Position numbers and translations under genes: made by a program. A DNA stretch of 64,000 bases from Methanobacteriota archaeon (GTDB lineage Archaea; Thermoplasmatota; Thermoplasmata; SG8-5; JAGLSY01): the NCBI GenBank assembly GCA_020696385.1, contig JAEHCQ010000002.1, positions 224,001 through 288,000 of the forward strand, read 5' to 3'. Below are positions 29,054 to 38,947 of this stretch, one piece after another. Positions within the stretch are counted from its first letter, which is position 1. Each line of letters starts with the position of its first letter. The notes beneath the pieces were generated by a model. It was not told the DNA's origin, searched no databases, and worked only from the letters and a program-made list of their open reading frames with translations.

Positions 29054-32000
29054 TCATTCCTCTTCGGATGGTGTTTCCGGCATATCCGCATCCTCGAACT
29101 CATCCCTGCTTGGCTTGTCCTCCATGCTCGAAGCCAATTCCTTCTTGGTATTATTCAGTGATATCGCACTAAGAAGGAAGAATATTATACTGGCTATCAG
29201 GACTATGATGAGGAAGATGAGATTTGTGGAAATGCCATCATTGTTCTCCTCAATGCCAGAATTCGTCTCATCAGCTTCTTGTCCGATCGTACTGGAAAGC
29301 TGAGCCTCCGCATCTTGCAATGCCAGATCCAGTTCTTCAAGGTCGGTGATTATACCGTTCAGCTTGTCCAGATCCCCCAGGGTTTCGTCGATGAGCTCTA
29401 ACTTCGCATCCATATCGGTCTGGAATGTGCCAATATCATCATTCACATCCAGTAGGTCTGCTCCAATAGCACTGTCATGGGCTGAAAGGTTGTTTGCCAG
29501 CTCAGTGACGATGAAACTCGTTGCTTCAAGACTCTGCTGATCCAGGGTGCTCATCAGATCTGACATGGTGGTGATATCTTCCTTTATATCATCGTCATGA
29601 GCTATGATGCTCTGGTCGAGGGCCAATATATCAGCGAGTATCTGGGTGGTCTCAGCCAATAGTTGACTACGGGTCATACCCCCTTGGTTCTGCACCAGGG
29701 CGTCCAGTGCGGCTAACAAGGCCTGTATATCAGTATCATGGGTCGTCATGTTATCATCCAGGCTGTCCAACAGAGCGTAGCTGATATTCACCGCATCCAG
29801 TATCTCGGATCTTGTCTGATCGTGCTGATCACTGACCGCGACGGATAATACTCCTATGGTGTCATTCAATGCAGTATGCTGAGCCGACAGGTTTGTTTCC
29901 AGATCGGCCAGCTGATCCATCACATCCACAAGATCAGCTGTCAGATTGTCATAGAAGTCCGTGGTCATGGTCTCCAGGTCCGCCATGTGCTGATGGAGCG
30001 TGTTGTTTGTCTGTGTCAGATTGGAATCTATAGCCGTCAACACGGTGTCCAACCAGTCATTGAGATCTGATATATTGCCTTCCATAACTGTTAGCTGTGT
30101 GGTGAGGTTGCCTTCTAGTATTACCAACTGGTCAGCTACTGTCAAGTTCATTCCAGTAATATCATTGGTAACACTTGTCAATAAGTTCTGGATATCAAGA
30201 GCGAGAGTGGCATTCACACCCGCAAGTTCTGCCAAGAAATCATTCTCCAGATCGGTCAGTGTGGTATGCAGGGATATATTCACTGCATCCAGCTGGTCAG
30301 TCAGATCATTGGTCAGATCAGCAAGGGTGATGTTCATTCCAGCAATATCGCTGATTATATCGAACAATGTGGTATTCATAGATGTTAGATCACCCCTTAT
30401 CAGAGTGATATTCTCCAAAATACTGCTGATATTTCCTTCCGTGCTCACAAGAGTGTTCCACACATCCTCCAAGGTCTGGTTCATATCATTTATAGTATTA
30501 TTCATGTCAGTCACGGTATCATTGGTGTCCGTCACCGTGGTGTTCAGATCATCCAACCATTCCTGCACACTCTGGCCCACGACATCGAATTGGGTTGTGT
30601 CATTGGCCGTCCAGACGAGCATCTGGCCCACATACCCATAGGCTTCTGCTGTGACATCGTAGGTTCCAAGGGCTGCGTCACTTGGCAGAACCAGAGTTAT
30701 CTGATACTGAGCATTGTACGGGATAGCGAGAGCACTCGTGTACTGTGTGTATCCTCCTGGCTCGGCATAGCCCACCACAAGGTCAAGATTATCGAACATT
30801 GGTGGTGCATTGATGATATCGATCAATACAGCAACATCTTCGTCCGGAGAATATTCAATCTTCGGAGTACTGGCTGCGATATAATTTCCAGCATTCACAA
30901 AGTTGTTCGGTATCAGGGTCACAGTTGTGGTGATGTTTATGCCAGACGAGAGCATGGCTTCTGCCATTACTACAATAGGTACATCCTCTGCCAATACTGT
31001 GGTATCCAGAACGAACTGATAGTCGTTCGTGGGGTCATGAGCCATTATGGTTCCGTCAACATAGAAGCTGACACCTATTACATCCGCACCAGTTGCTGCG
31101 GCCTCTATAAGTGTAATGCCAGATACAAGATCGCCGTCACTGTGGCTCGTTACCATAACACTGTGGACGGCTATGGGATACGCATCAATTGCCCCCATAC
31201 CCCCACCGATGAGCATGTATGGTGTATCTCCGATCTCATCATGACCAAGCACATCCTGGTTAGAGCCAGAGAATATGTCAACGCCAGTGTAGTCATAATA
31301 GTAGTTACCGCCTGTGGGGTAGGATTCGTTCCATAGGTTGGCGCCTGTGTTATCATAGGCACATGTTCCAGTCCCGAGGAAGCTGTTGTAATAAACGAGA
31401 CTGTTATAGGAGTTCCTGAGGTTCAGGCCATAACTGTCGAAGCCCGATACCCTGTTAGCGTATATCGTGCAGTTCTCAAAAGCTTCTATGTAAATACCGT
31501 CAATAAAGCCATCGATGATATTCTTGGATACTATTGCATCGCCCACAGTGGAGGTGGCGGTTGGACTGTTAATATTATAATCCGCCCTCATGTATATTCC
31601 ATATCCGCTGCCACCATAGACAGCATTGTCCTGGATGAGTATTCTGTCTATGACCTGTGTTGAAGAACCATAGACCTCCGAGCTTTGCCACACAAAGATG
31701 CCGCTCCAGCTGCAATTATAGATGGTGTTGCCAGTTATTCTACATTCACCAACGATTACTGAAGAGGTATCGGAAGAGTAGACATCGTAATATTCCACAT
31801 CTATTCCAGAAGAGCACTCGAATATCACATTGTCAGCTATGGTGAGGTCACCCACTACGAGTGTTGAATCATCCTCAAGATAATCTCCCAGATAGTCATA
31901 ACAAATATAGATGGCGTCACCACCGGTAGTCATGATATTGTTGGTTATTGTGTGATCGCCCAGCACCGTCGCGCTTTGATCATAGTTATCATAACATATA

Positions 32001-33697
32001 CTGTAATAATCGAAGTCGATGCCGCCACCGCCGCATTGGAATGTATTATTATCTATGAGGTAACCACCCAGATACATGTAAACATCCCCCTCTATGGAAT
32101 AGGGAGCGCCATCCATTTCCACCTCTATCCCTTCCCATGCGGAGGTGATCGCATTGTCCCTTATCTTGATGTCTGGAAGACGTATGCTGGAAGAATCATA
32201 CATATAATCTCCAATATACTCGTATTCGACCTCTATCGCGCGCCCACCAGTGGAGATCAATTCATTCCTCTCGATATAGACATCATCTATGAAACCAGAA
32301 GAGAAGCCATAGTTATCATAGCCCATCTCATTAAACTCAAGATATATTGCCGAGGAAGTGGAGTTCACATAATTATCCATAATGTACGTTTTGTCGAGGA
32401 CGACGGCGGCATTCTGTTCCATATCTTCGAAATATTCCCACCATATGACAAGGCCATTACTCGATCGCAATATTGTGTTGTTCCGAATATGTGCCTCGCC
32501 CAATGTGATGGCGGAGTCATCGAATAGACAATAGAAATCGTAAAAATCCACAAGGATCGCGCGGCCAGGAACGTCAATGATATTTGATTCGACTCGGAGG
32601 TCACCAAAAGTAACCTCCGCGTTGTCATAGAAATAATCATGATACTCCAAGTATGCTGTAATGCCACGTGTCGAAGCCTGGATCGAGGTGATGGTGTTCC
32701 TGTTGATTATCAGGTTGCCGATCGTGCCTACAGTATTCCCATACCAGTCATATGTCCCATAATGTTGACCGCTAATTGCACTCCAAAGCTGATCCATCAA
32801 GACATTGTCATTGACGATGATATCGCCGACATTCACTGTCACATCTGTTAGATAGTTAAAGCTACCACCGAACTGCATTCCATAACTACCGCCATAGACG
32901 ATATTGTCTGAAATGAACATATCGCCAACTGTGATGGTGCCTCCGTCAAGATCCTCGACCTCAATATTATCGACATAGAACCCATAATTAGAGGTGCCAT
33001 TCAAGAAGATGGTATTGTTCGAGACCGAGGTGCTGCCCATAACTACATCACAGGGAACCAGGTTATTATATTCGAGATCGCCTCTCATGTAAATTGCATA
33101 ATCATTGGCTCCCGTCATATATATCTCATTATTGTCTATGTTCATGTCCAAGATCGTGTAGTCCGTGGTCAAGCCTAATTCGCTGAAGTATGAATATATA
33201 CCATGTTCGTTGGCCGTGATCGTGTTATACGATATATCATACCCGCTCGACCCAGTGATATAAATGCCGTACCCCGTGTTGCCGATTATTTCGTTCCCAA
33301 TGATATTTGTGTTATTTGCATAATTGATAGCGATGCCGTTCGCACCGTTGGTGACAGTGAAGTCTGTCATGCTGACCAAATCAGAAGTTATGGTCACAAC
33401 ATCCCCGGCTATACCGGAGATAGAGGTGACCCCGGTTCCATTCCCGACGAGGTTCACGGCCTTGTTCACGATTATGTTCTCGTTATAAGTTCCGGCCCAG
33501 ACATTGATCGTATCGCCCGGTGCGGCAGCGTCTATGGCTGCCTGGATAGTTGGGAAGTCCACAGGAACCGTGGACAGCGGAGTTGTTGTAACAGGCTCTG
33601 CAGCATCTACTACCCCCATCATACCAGTTACTCCGGCAAATGACATTCCGATTAATAAGCTTACTAATATTACTGATATATTCTTTTTTTGATCCAT
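29054..33697 (-). CDS. Large cell-surface protein: signal peptide, parallel beta-helix (NosD/pectin-lyase-like), Ig-like domains, long coiled coil, C-terminal TM
   Basis: TIQAAIDAA.PGDTI.V..GTY.EN, repeated N.I beta-coil units, GGNYY.DYTG.D, heptad-rich ~450-aa tract and hydrophobic anchor. Confidence 0.85.
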   Translation of the reverse strand: MDQKKNISVILVSLLIGMSFAGVTGMMGVVDAAEPVTTTPLSTVPVDFPTIQAAIDAAAPGDTINVWAGTYNENIIVNKAVNLVGNGTGVTSISGIAGDVVTITSDLVSMTDFTVTNGANGIAINYANNTNIIGNEIIGNTGYGIYITGSSGYDISYNTITANEHGIYSYFSELGLTTDYTILDMNIDNNEIYMTGANDYAIYMRGDLEYNNLVPCDVVMGSTSVSNNTIFLNGTSNYGFYVDNIEVEDLDGGTITVGDMFISDNIVYGGSYGMQFGGSFNYLTDVTVNVGDIIVNDNVLMDQLWSAISGQHYGTYDWYGNTVGTIGNLIINRNTITSIQASTRGITAYLEYHDYFYDNAEVTFGDLRVESNIIDVPGRAILVDFYDFYCLFDDSAITLGEAHIRNNTILRSSNGLVIWWEYFEDMEQNAAVVLDKTYIMDNYVNSTSSAIYLEFNEMGYDNYGFSSGFIDDVYIERNELISTGGRAIEVEYEYIGDYMYDSSSIRLPDIKIRDNAITSAWEGIEVEMDGAPYSIEGDVYMYLGGYLIDNNTFQCGGGGIDFDYYSICYDNYDQSATVLGDHTITNNIMTTGGDAIYICYDYLGDYLEDDSTLVVGDLTIADNVIFECSSGIDVEYYDVYSSDTSSVIVGECRITGNTIYNCSWSGIFVWQSSEVYGSSTQVIDRILIQDNAVYGGSGYGIYMRADYNINSPTATSTVGDAIVSKNIIDGFIDGIYIEAFENCTIYANRVSGFDSYGLNLRNSYNSLVYYNSFLGTGTCAYDNTGANLWNESYPTGGNYYYDYTGVDIFSGSNQDVLGHDEIGDTPYMLIGGGMGAIDAYPIAVHSVMVTSHSDGDLVSGITLIEAAATGADVIGVSFYVDGTIMAHDPTNDYQFVLDTTVLAEDVPIVVMAEAMLSSGINITTTVTLIPNNFVNAGNYIAASTPKIEYSPDEDVAVLIDIINAPPMFDNLDLVVGYAEPGGYTQYTSALAIPYNAQYQITLVLPSDAALGTYDVTAEAYGYVGQMLVWTANDTTQFDVVGQSVQEWLDDLNTTVTDTNDTVTDMNNTINDMNQTLEDVWNTLVSTEGNISSILENITLIRGDLTSMNTTLFDIISDIAGMNITLADLTNDLTDQLDAVNISLHTTLTDLENDFLAELAGVNATLALDIQNLLTSVTNDITGMNLTVADQLVILEGNLTTQLTVMEGNISDLNDWLDTVLTAIDSNLTQTNNTLHQHMADLETMTTDFYDNLTADLVDVMDQLADLETNLSAQHTALNDTIGVLSVAVSDQHDQTRSEILDAVNISYALLDSLDDNMTTHDTDIQALLAALDALVQNQGGMTRSQLLAETTQILADILALDQSIIAHDDDIKEDITTMSDLMSTLDQQSLEATSFIVTELANNLSAHDSAIGADLLDVNDDIGTFQTDMDAKLELIDETLGDLDKLNGIITDLEELDLALQDAEAQLSSTIGQEADETNSGIEENNDGISTNLIFLIIVLIASIIFFLLSAISLNNTKKELASSMEDKPSRDEFEDADMPETPSEEE

Positions 33698-33835
33698 ATT
33701 CTAACCCTCGCACTTCTTAACAAATTTAAGATTGTTAACTAAGGACAATATTAGGTAATATTAATAATAGTTACCCTGGAGAGTGATTGAACGATCAACT
33801 TCCCAAATCTTATTATTCACCCCCTCTGATTCATC

Positions 33836-34396
33836 ATGGACATGGTATTTCATATTCAGATCAAGCCAGACCATCAATACAGGGTGGATATGTGCAAGAT
33901 CAAGGAACCTTTTCTGGAATTCAATTCTGGTCAGATGACCCTGATACTTCCAGAGGCTGCCAATCAAGATGAGGCGGTGAAAAAGCATGTTGCCTGGATC
34001 AGCAAAGTGCATGGCAATGTGCTTTATTCCCTTCAGCAAGCGGAAGCAAAGTCCCTGAAGACCAGAACCCAGGCGGATTTCAGACAGTATGTGTGGGAAT
34101 TAGCAGAGGCTTATTCCACCGAGCTGGGTGTGGATTTTTACAAGATAAAATTTAAAAAATTAGATGATAAATGGGCGAGTTGCGATACTGGTGGCAATCT
34201 CACCGTCAATACATTACTGAAGAAATTACCGGATGAGTTGATCGAATTTGTCATATTTCACGAGGTGGTGCATCGCCTGGAGATGAACCATGGCAAGAAT
34301 TTCTGGAAGCTGATCAAACAGAAATATCCCGATCACAAAAAGTTCGATATGGAGCTTTTCGTGTACTGGATGATGGTGGAGAAGATCACGAAGTGA
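33836..34396 (+). CDS. M48/YgjP(DUF45)-like metallopeptidase domain protein
   Basis: KWASC and HEVVH..E.NH...FW. Confidence 0.85.
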   Translation: MDMVFHIQIKPDHQYRVDMCKIKEPFLEFNSGQMTLILPEAANQDEAVKKHVAWISKVHGNVLYSLQQAEAKSLKTRTQADFRQYVWELAEAYSTELGVDFYKIKFKKLDDKWASCDTGGNLTVNTLLKKLPDELIEFVIFHEVVHRLEMNHGKNFWKLIKQKYPDHKKFDMELFVYWMMVEKITK

Positions 34397-34488
34397 GTTC
34401 AAATCTCCCCAATTATGAATAAATATAATAAGAGCCACTCGGGAGTTCAAATCTCCCCAGTTTTGAATTAATAAAAATAAGAGCCACT
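34395..34488. repeat. tRNA-Thr 3'-end-derived repeats with inverted T-arm
   Basis: AATAAGAGCCACT at 34427 and 34476; GAGTTCAAATCTCCCCA at 34395 and 34443. Confidence 0.9.
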
Positions 34489-34584
34489 GGGGAGATTTGA
34501 ACTCCCGACCTACTGATTACGAATCAGTCGCTATTTAGCGTTCTTTGGCTTTTAGTCCAAAGAAAACCGCTAAGCCACAGTGGC
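34482..34584 (-). tRNA. tRNA-Thr(CGT) with 31-nt intron at position 20/21 (34535-34565)
   Basis: Acceptor GCCACTG/CAGTGGC, anticodon arm ACTGA-TTCGTAA-TCAGT, T-loop TTCAAAT and a BHB motif. Confidence 0.93.
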
Positions 34585-34643
34585 ATTTGGATTTTAAGAG
34601 ATAATTGGCAATGGGTTATAAAATTAATTGGGCAAGTGAGTGC

Positions 34644-35888
34644 TCACACCACACTGAATTTTAGCTTCGATCTCTTTAGTGATTCAACAACCGGCAATGG
34701 CTTTCCAGACAGCATGCTGATCAACGCTCCTCCGCCCGTACTCAGATGATCCACACGTTTTTCCAGGCCCAGCCTCTTGGCCACCGTGCCAGTATGGCCA
34801 CCGCCAATGACGGAGAAAGCATCCGAATCCGCTATCGCTTTGAATATCTCGATAGTGCCAAAGGAGAATTCCTCTATTTCGAAGACTCCCAATGGACCAT
34901 TTAATATCACATTATTGGCCTCATTGATATGTCCTATGTAATTGACTATAGTGTCAAGACCTATGTCGAATATCGGAAATTCAGATGGTAATTGATCCAC
35001 AGTGGCTCCATTTCTGGTACCATTATTATTCAAGGCAACATCTGTGGGGATCTGTATCTGGCCTGGATATTTTTCAAGAAGGCTCTTTGCTACGGCCACA
35101 TAGTCTTCATAGTCTGGAACTTCATTCTCAAGCACATTATCATTACCAGGTCCGACATCTATTCCCTTGGCCTTCAGGAAGATGGTCGCGATCAATCCGC
35201 CAGTCAATATTTTATTTGCAGATCCGGCTTCCAGCATATTACCCATGACCTCGATGGAATCATCGACCTTGGCCCCTGCGAGTATGGCCAATGTGCCCGA
35301 GCCCTTTTTCATCACCTTGCCAAGGACATCCAGCTCCGTCTCCATGAGCCTGCCCGCGATGGCCGGGATATTCTCCCCAAACCCGACAAGGCTTGGCTGC
35401 GCCCTGTGTGCCGCGGCATAGGCATCGCAAACATAATAATCAGCAACTGATGATAATCGGGATATCATGTGGGTCTTTGACAATACTTCTGGTTTAGCCT
35501 TTTTCAGCATGAGCTCCTCGGCATAGAATCTTGTATTTTCAAGCAGGATGATATCTCCATCCACCATCTGTTCTATTGCCTGGATAGCTCTGGAATCAAA
35601 TAATGAATCGACATATTTAACTGGGCGTTTGGCCAGCTTGGAAAGGCGAATGGCATGATTCTTCAGATTGGTGAAGTCCTTCTTGCCAGGTTTACTCTGA
35701 TGAGCGAGAATGATGACCTTGCTTTTCGATAGATCATCCAGGGTCTCTATATGTGCCCTCATTCGAGAATCGTCCAATATCTCTCCAGAAACTGGATCCA
35801 TTGGAGAATTTATATCCAACCTGAGTAAAACTCTTTTACCTATCAGATTGAAATCATCCAGGACAAAGAAGTTCCTTGAAATGGTCAT
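34644..35888 (-). CDS. pgk: Phosphoglycerate kinase
   Basis: RLDINSP, LENTRF, AAHRAQPS, GAKVDD and STGGGA. Confidence 0.97.
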   Translation of the reverse strand: MTISRNFFVLDDFNLIGKRVLLRLDINSPMDPVSGEILDDSRMRAHIETLDDLSKSKVIILAHQSKPGKKDFTNLKNHAIRLSKLAKRPVKYVDSLFDSRAIQAIEQMVDGDIILLENTRFYAEELMLKKAKPEVLSKTHMISRLSSVADYYVCDAYAAAHRAQPSLVGFGENIPAIAGRLMETELDVLGKVMKKGSGTLAILAGAKVDDSIEVMGNMLEAGSANKILTGGLIATIFLKAKGIDVGPGNDNVLENEVPDYEDYVAVAKSLLEKYPGQIQIPTDVALNNNGTRNGATVDQLPSEFPIFDIGLDTIVNYIGHINEANNVILNGPLGVFEIEEFSFGTIEIFKAIADSDAFSVIGGGHTGTVAKRLGLEKRVDHLSTGGGALISMLSGKPLPVVESLKRSKLKFSVV

Positions 35889-35984
35889 CACTCCCCACAT
35901 ATCACTTGATTATTTAATTATTTTCTATCCGAATAGATGAATGAGCGATCGATCATGATCGAGTTATGGTATTCTGGTAGATGA

Positions 35985-36758
35985 TCAATCAGGGCTCAGG
36001 TCCTCGCCACCGAAGAAAAGCATCTGGATATAGTTGTATAGATCTTCTATGCCCTCCATTTTTGTCGAGGATATCGGAATAATGTCTCGATGCATGTTGA
36101 AGCTCTCCATAGCTCTCAAGAATTCAATGGCCGCCAATGGTTTGGATGATTCCATATTATCATACAATGAGCTCATCAGCATATCTGGCTCCAAAGACCA
36201 TTCCACTATCTGGCTGAGATCCTCCTTGGTGACCGTATCTGATTTTCCAATGATATTGAGCAGCGGTGTATTGAACCTGGAGTTTATGGATGAGGATAAT
36301 AGGAACAATGATACCAGACCAGATGGATCTCTAGCCACCATCGGGTCCATGATGTAAGCGAGCACACTCTGGCCGGATGTGAAGGAGTTCAAAAAGACCT
36401 CACTGGCTTTCCTGAAGGCGAAAAGCTCGATCTGCCCAGGTGTGTCAATGAGCACATAATCTGACCTGAAAGAACCAATGACTTCAGCAATTTCATGAAA
36501 ATGAACAGCGGCTAGGTCCGCACATACGATCTGAGCACCATTGGGCCCCAGGCCATATTCTTCCATGACCTCGGGGACCGAGACCCAATCACGAATATCC
36601 ACGTCGGGCTGATATCCGAGCTTGTCAACGCCTGGATCCAGGTTCACGGTTATCGCGTTCAAGCCCCTTTCCTCCGCCCAGTTCTTGTAAGCCTGGGTGA
36701 GTGTGCTTTTTCCGGATCCTGCTGTTCCGATGAAGTATATTCTGGTTTCTTCTGCCAT
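35985..36758 (-). CDS. GPN-loop GTPase
   Basis: GTAGSGKST, NLDPG, LGPNGA and DTPGQIE. Confidence 0.95.
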   Translation of the reverse strand: MAEETRIYFIGTAGSGKSTLTQAYKNWAEERGLNAITVNLDPGVDKLGYQPDVDIRDWVSVPEVMEEYGLGPNGAQIVCADLAAVHFHEIAEVIGSFRSDYVLIDTPGQIELFAFRKASEVFLNSFTSGQSVLAYIMDPMVARDPSGLVSLFLLSSSINSRFNTPLLNIIGKSDTVTKEDLSQIVEWSLEPDMLMSSLYDNMESSKPLAAIEFLRAMESFNMHRDIIPISSTKMEGIEDLYNYIQMLFFGGEDLSPD

Positions 36759-36824
36759 GTGATCGCCATCATCGCATTAGCCTGCCAAGTAATTAACTTT
36801 TTGCACTTGGATAATGGTGGATGA

Positions 36825-37163
36825 TCACAGGAACTTTTGGAACTCCAGATCCCGTCCCTCGGGATCTGTGGCGAAAAAATGATAGATATTGTATTTCTCA
36901 TTCAATTTTGGCTCGGTTGTGGATATGTCCTTATGCCGGAGATAAGCCTCATCCACCTCCTTCTCTGTTTCATAATAGAAGGTGATCATGCCATCCTTTC
37001 CAGTTTCCTGGCGTTGACAGAAGCCGAGCATGAGATTGTCATGCTTCAATATGATGCAATCCGCCTGCTCCAGCCAAATATCCATTCCCAATCTCGTGGT
37101 GTAGAAATCCACGATCTTCTCAAGCTCCCTGGTACTGAAAAAAATCAATCCTGACATTTGCAC
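36825..37163 (-). CDS. VOC/glyoxalase family protein
   Basis: FY...LG and FFATDPEGR.LEFQ. Confidence 0.85.
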   Translation of the reverse strand: MQMSGLIFFSTRELEKIVDFYTTRLGMDIWLEQADCIILKHDNLMLGFCQRQETGKDGMITFYYETEKEVDEAYLRHKDISTTEPKLNEKYNIYHFFATDPEGRDLEFQKFL

Positions 37164-37261
37164 AACCTCGGAGGATAAACATTGGGAAAGTATTTTAATG
37201 TCCTCTTATTGTGGGGATTCATAATATGGCATATCTCGGTATGCTGTTATTAAAAAAGTCC

Positions 37262-37370
37262 ATATGGGCCCGTAGCAGACAGGCCCGTAAACACCAAAAC
37301 AATACAATATGGGCCCGTAGCCGACCTACGGTCCCGTAAATAAGAAAACAATACAATATGGGCCCGTAGC
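37262..37370 (+). repeat. Tandem copies of the tRNA-Lys leader and 5' end
   Basis: ATATGGGCCCGTAGC x3; AAAACAATACAATATGGGCCCGTAGC identical at 37296 and 37345. Confidence 0.9.
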
Positions 37371-37433
37371 TTAGCTAGGTAGAGCGCCCGGCTCTTAACC
37401 GGGTGGTCTTGGGTTCGAATCCCATCGGGCTCG
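37360..37433 (+). tRNA. tRNA-Lys(CTT)
   Basis: Cloverleaf with CCCGG-CTCTTAA-CCGGG and GGTTCGAATCC. Confidence 0.96.
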
Positions 37434-37499
37434 TATTTATTTATTTTATATTTTGAGAGCCCGAATGCCAGCAATGAATATTCTATTGGGATTCGAATG

Positions 37500-37595
37500 A
37501 AGTTCGACGAGTGATTTTCCGAGTGGAAGGAGGAAAATCGCAAGCTGGACTTGTTCGCTCCGCAAACAAGTCCAGGATCTCATCAGGCTCGTATT
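37500..37595 (+). repeat. tRNA-3'-anchored two-hairpin cassette, copy 1
   Basis: AAGTTCGACGAG, hairpin, CTGGACTTGTT-N9-AACAAGTCCAG, then a degenerate tRNA-Lys 3' end. Confidence 0.85.
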
Positions 37596-37652
37596 CTTTT
37601 ACTGGATAGTTCATATCTCACGAGTGAGTTCCTACACGAGTAGCGGTTCTGT

Positions 37653-38747
37653 TCACTCCCTTATATTCTTCTTCACCCTAACAATTCCCACTGCCACAAC
37701 CATAGCCAACAGCATGGTCCACACACCGAACCCAGGTGTTTCATCAGGTACTGGTGGCGGTTCATAATCAGAATCTGCCTCATCTATGGAGGAGTCGTAC
37801 ATTTCCACCACGGAATAATAATTAGTGGAGCCACCGGATCCGCCAATAGCGTATATCATGCCGTCCACGACCCCCGCTGTTAAACTACTTCGTCCGGTGG
37901 GCATATTGGTTTTTGTTGTCCATGTATCTGTTGCAGGATCGTACATTTCCACTACTGTAGGATCATCATTGGGTCCACCGTATCCGCCAATAGCGTATAT
38001 CTTTCCGTCCACGACCCCTGTTGCTAAATTAGCTCGTTCGTTAGACATGTTGGCTTTTATTGTCCATGTATCTGTAGTAGGGTCGTACATCTCGACCGTG
38101 GAAAAAATATCATCACCCCATCCACCAATCGCGTATATCTTTCCGTCCACGACCCCCGATGCTAATCCCTCTCGTGCGATTGACATATTGGATTTCATTG
38201 TCCAAGAATCTGTTGCGGGATCGTACATCTCGACTGTGGGAAGATAATTACTCAAATCATACCTTCCGCCTATGGCATATATTTTTCCGTCTACAACTTC
38301 CGCTGTCAGCCTATTTCTTACGGCTGACATGTTGGCTTTTGCTGTCCATGTATCTGTAGTAGGGTCGTACATCTCGACTGTGGAAATAATGTTAGTGCCA
38401 TCCCATCCGCCTATGGCATATATTTTTCCGTCCACAACTTCCACTGCCATATAACCTCGTGCGGTGGACATGTTGGCTTTTGCTGTCCATGTATCTGTAG
38501 TAGGGTCGTACATCTCGACCGTGGAAAGAGGATGCCCGCCAATAATTCCACCAATCGCATATATCTTTCCGTTTATGACTCCTGCTGAAAGAAAAAATCG
38601 TGTAGTGGGCATATCCGCCTTCTCTGTCCAGACACCTTCCGCCCCTCTCACTTCCTCGCTCCCGAAGTGCACAGCGCCCAGGAACATCGTGAGCATGATG
38701 ATAGCGATTATTGTGATTGACCCTACCTTCCCTCTCATGATTGGCAT
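37653..38747 (-). CDS. Secreted Kelch-repeat beta-propeller with PGF-CTERM-like anchor
   Basis: Six DGKIYAIGG...VEMYDP..D.W repeats, N-terminal signal peptide, and TPGF + TM + basic tail. Confidence 0.92.
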   Translation of the reverse strand: MPIMRGKVGSITIIAIIMLTMFLGAVHFGSEEVRGAEGVWTEKADMPTTRFFLSAGVINGKIYAIGGIIGGHPLSTVEMYDPTTDTWTAKANMSTARGYMAVEVVDGKIYAIGGWDGTNIISTVEMYDPTTDTWTAKANMSAVRNRLTAEVVDGKIYAIGGRYDLSNYLPTVEMYDPATDSWTMKSNMSIAREGLASGVVDGKIYAIGGWGDDIFSTVEMYDPTTDTWTIKANMSNERANLATGVVDGKIYAIGGYGGPNDDPTVVEMYDPATDTWTTKTNMPTGRSSLTAGVVDGMIYAIGGSGGSTNYYSVVEMYDSSIDEADSDYEPPPVPDETPGFGVWTMLLAMVVAVGIVRVKKNIRE

Positions 38748-38947
38748 GAATGGAATCGTAGTAGATTAAAGTTTAGATGATTTACCCTCAGAACGCACTA
38801 ATCCTCAGTATTCGATCTATGCCATCATCCCACATCTATTTCACGCCCTATCGAGCTCATATTCTTTTATTCCGAGAACATTCGTGCCACATAGTCACCG
38901 CCAAAACAATTAAGGCAATTCAACAAATACCATGATACTGAAAGATC

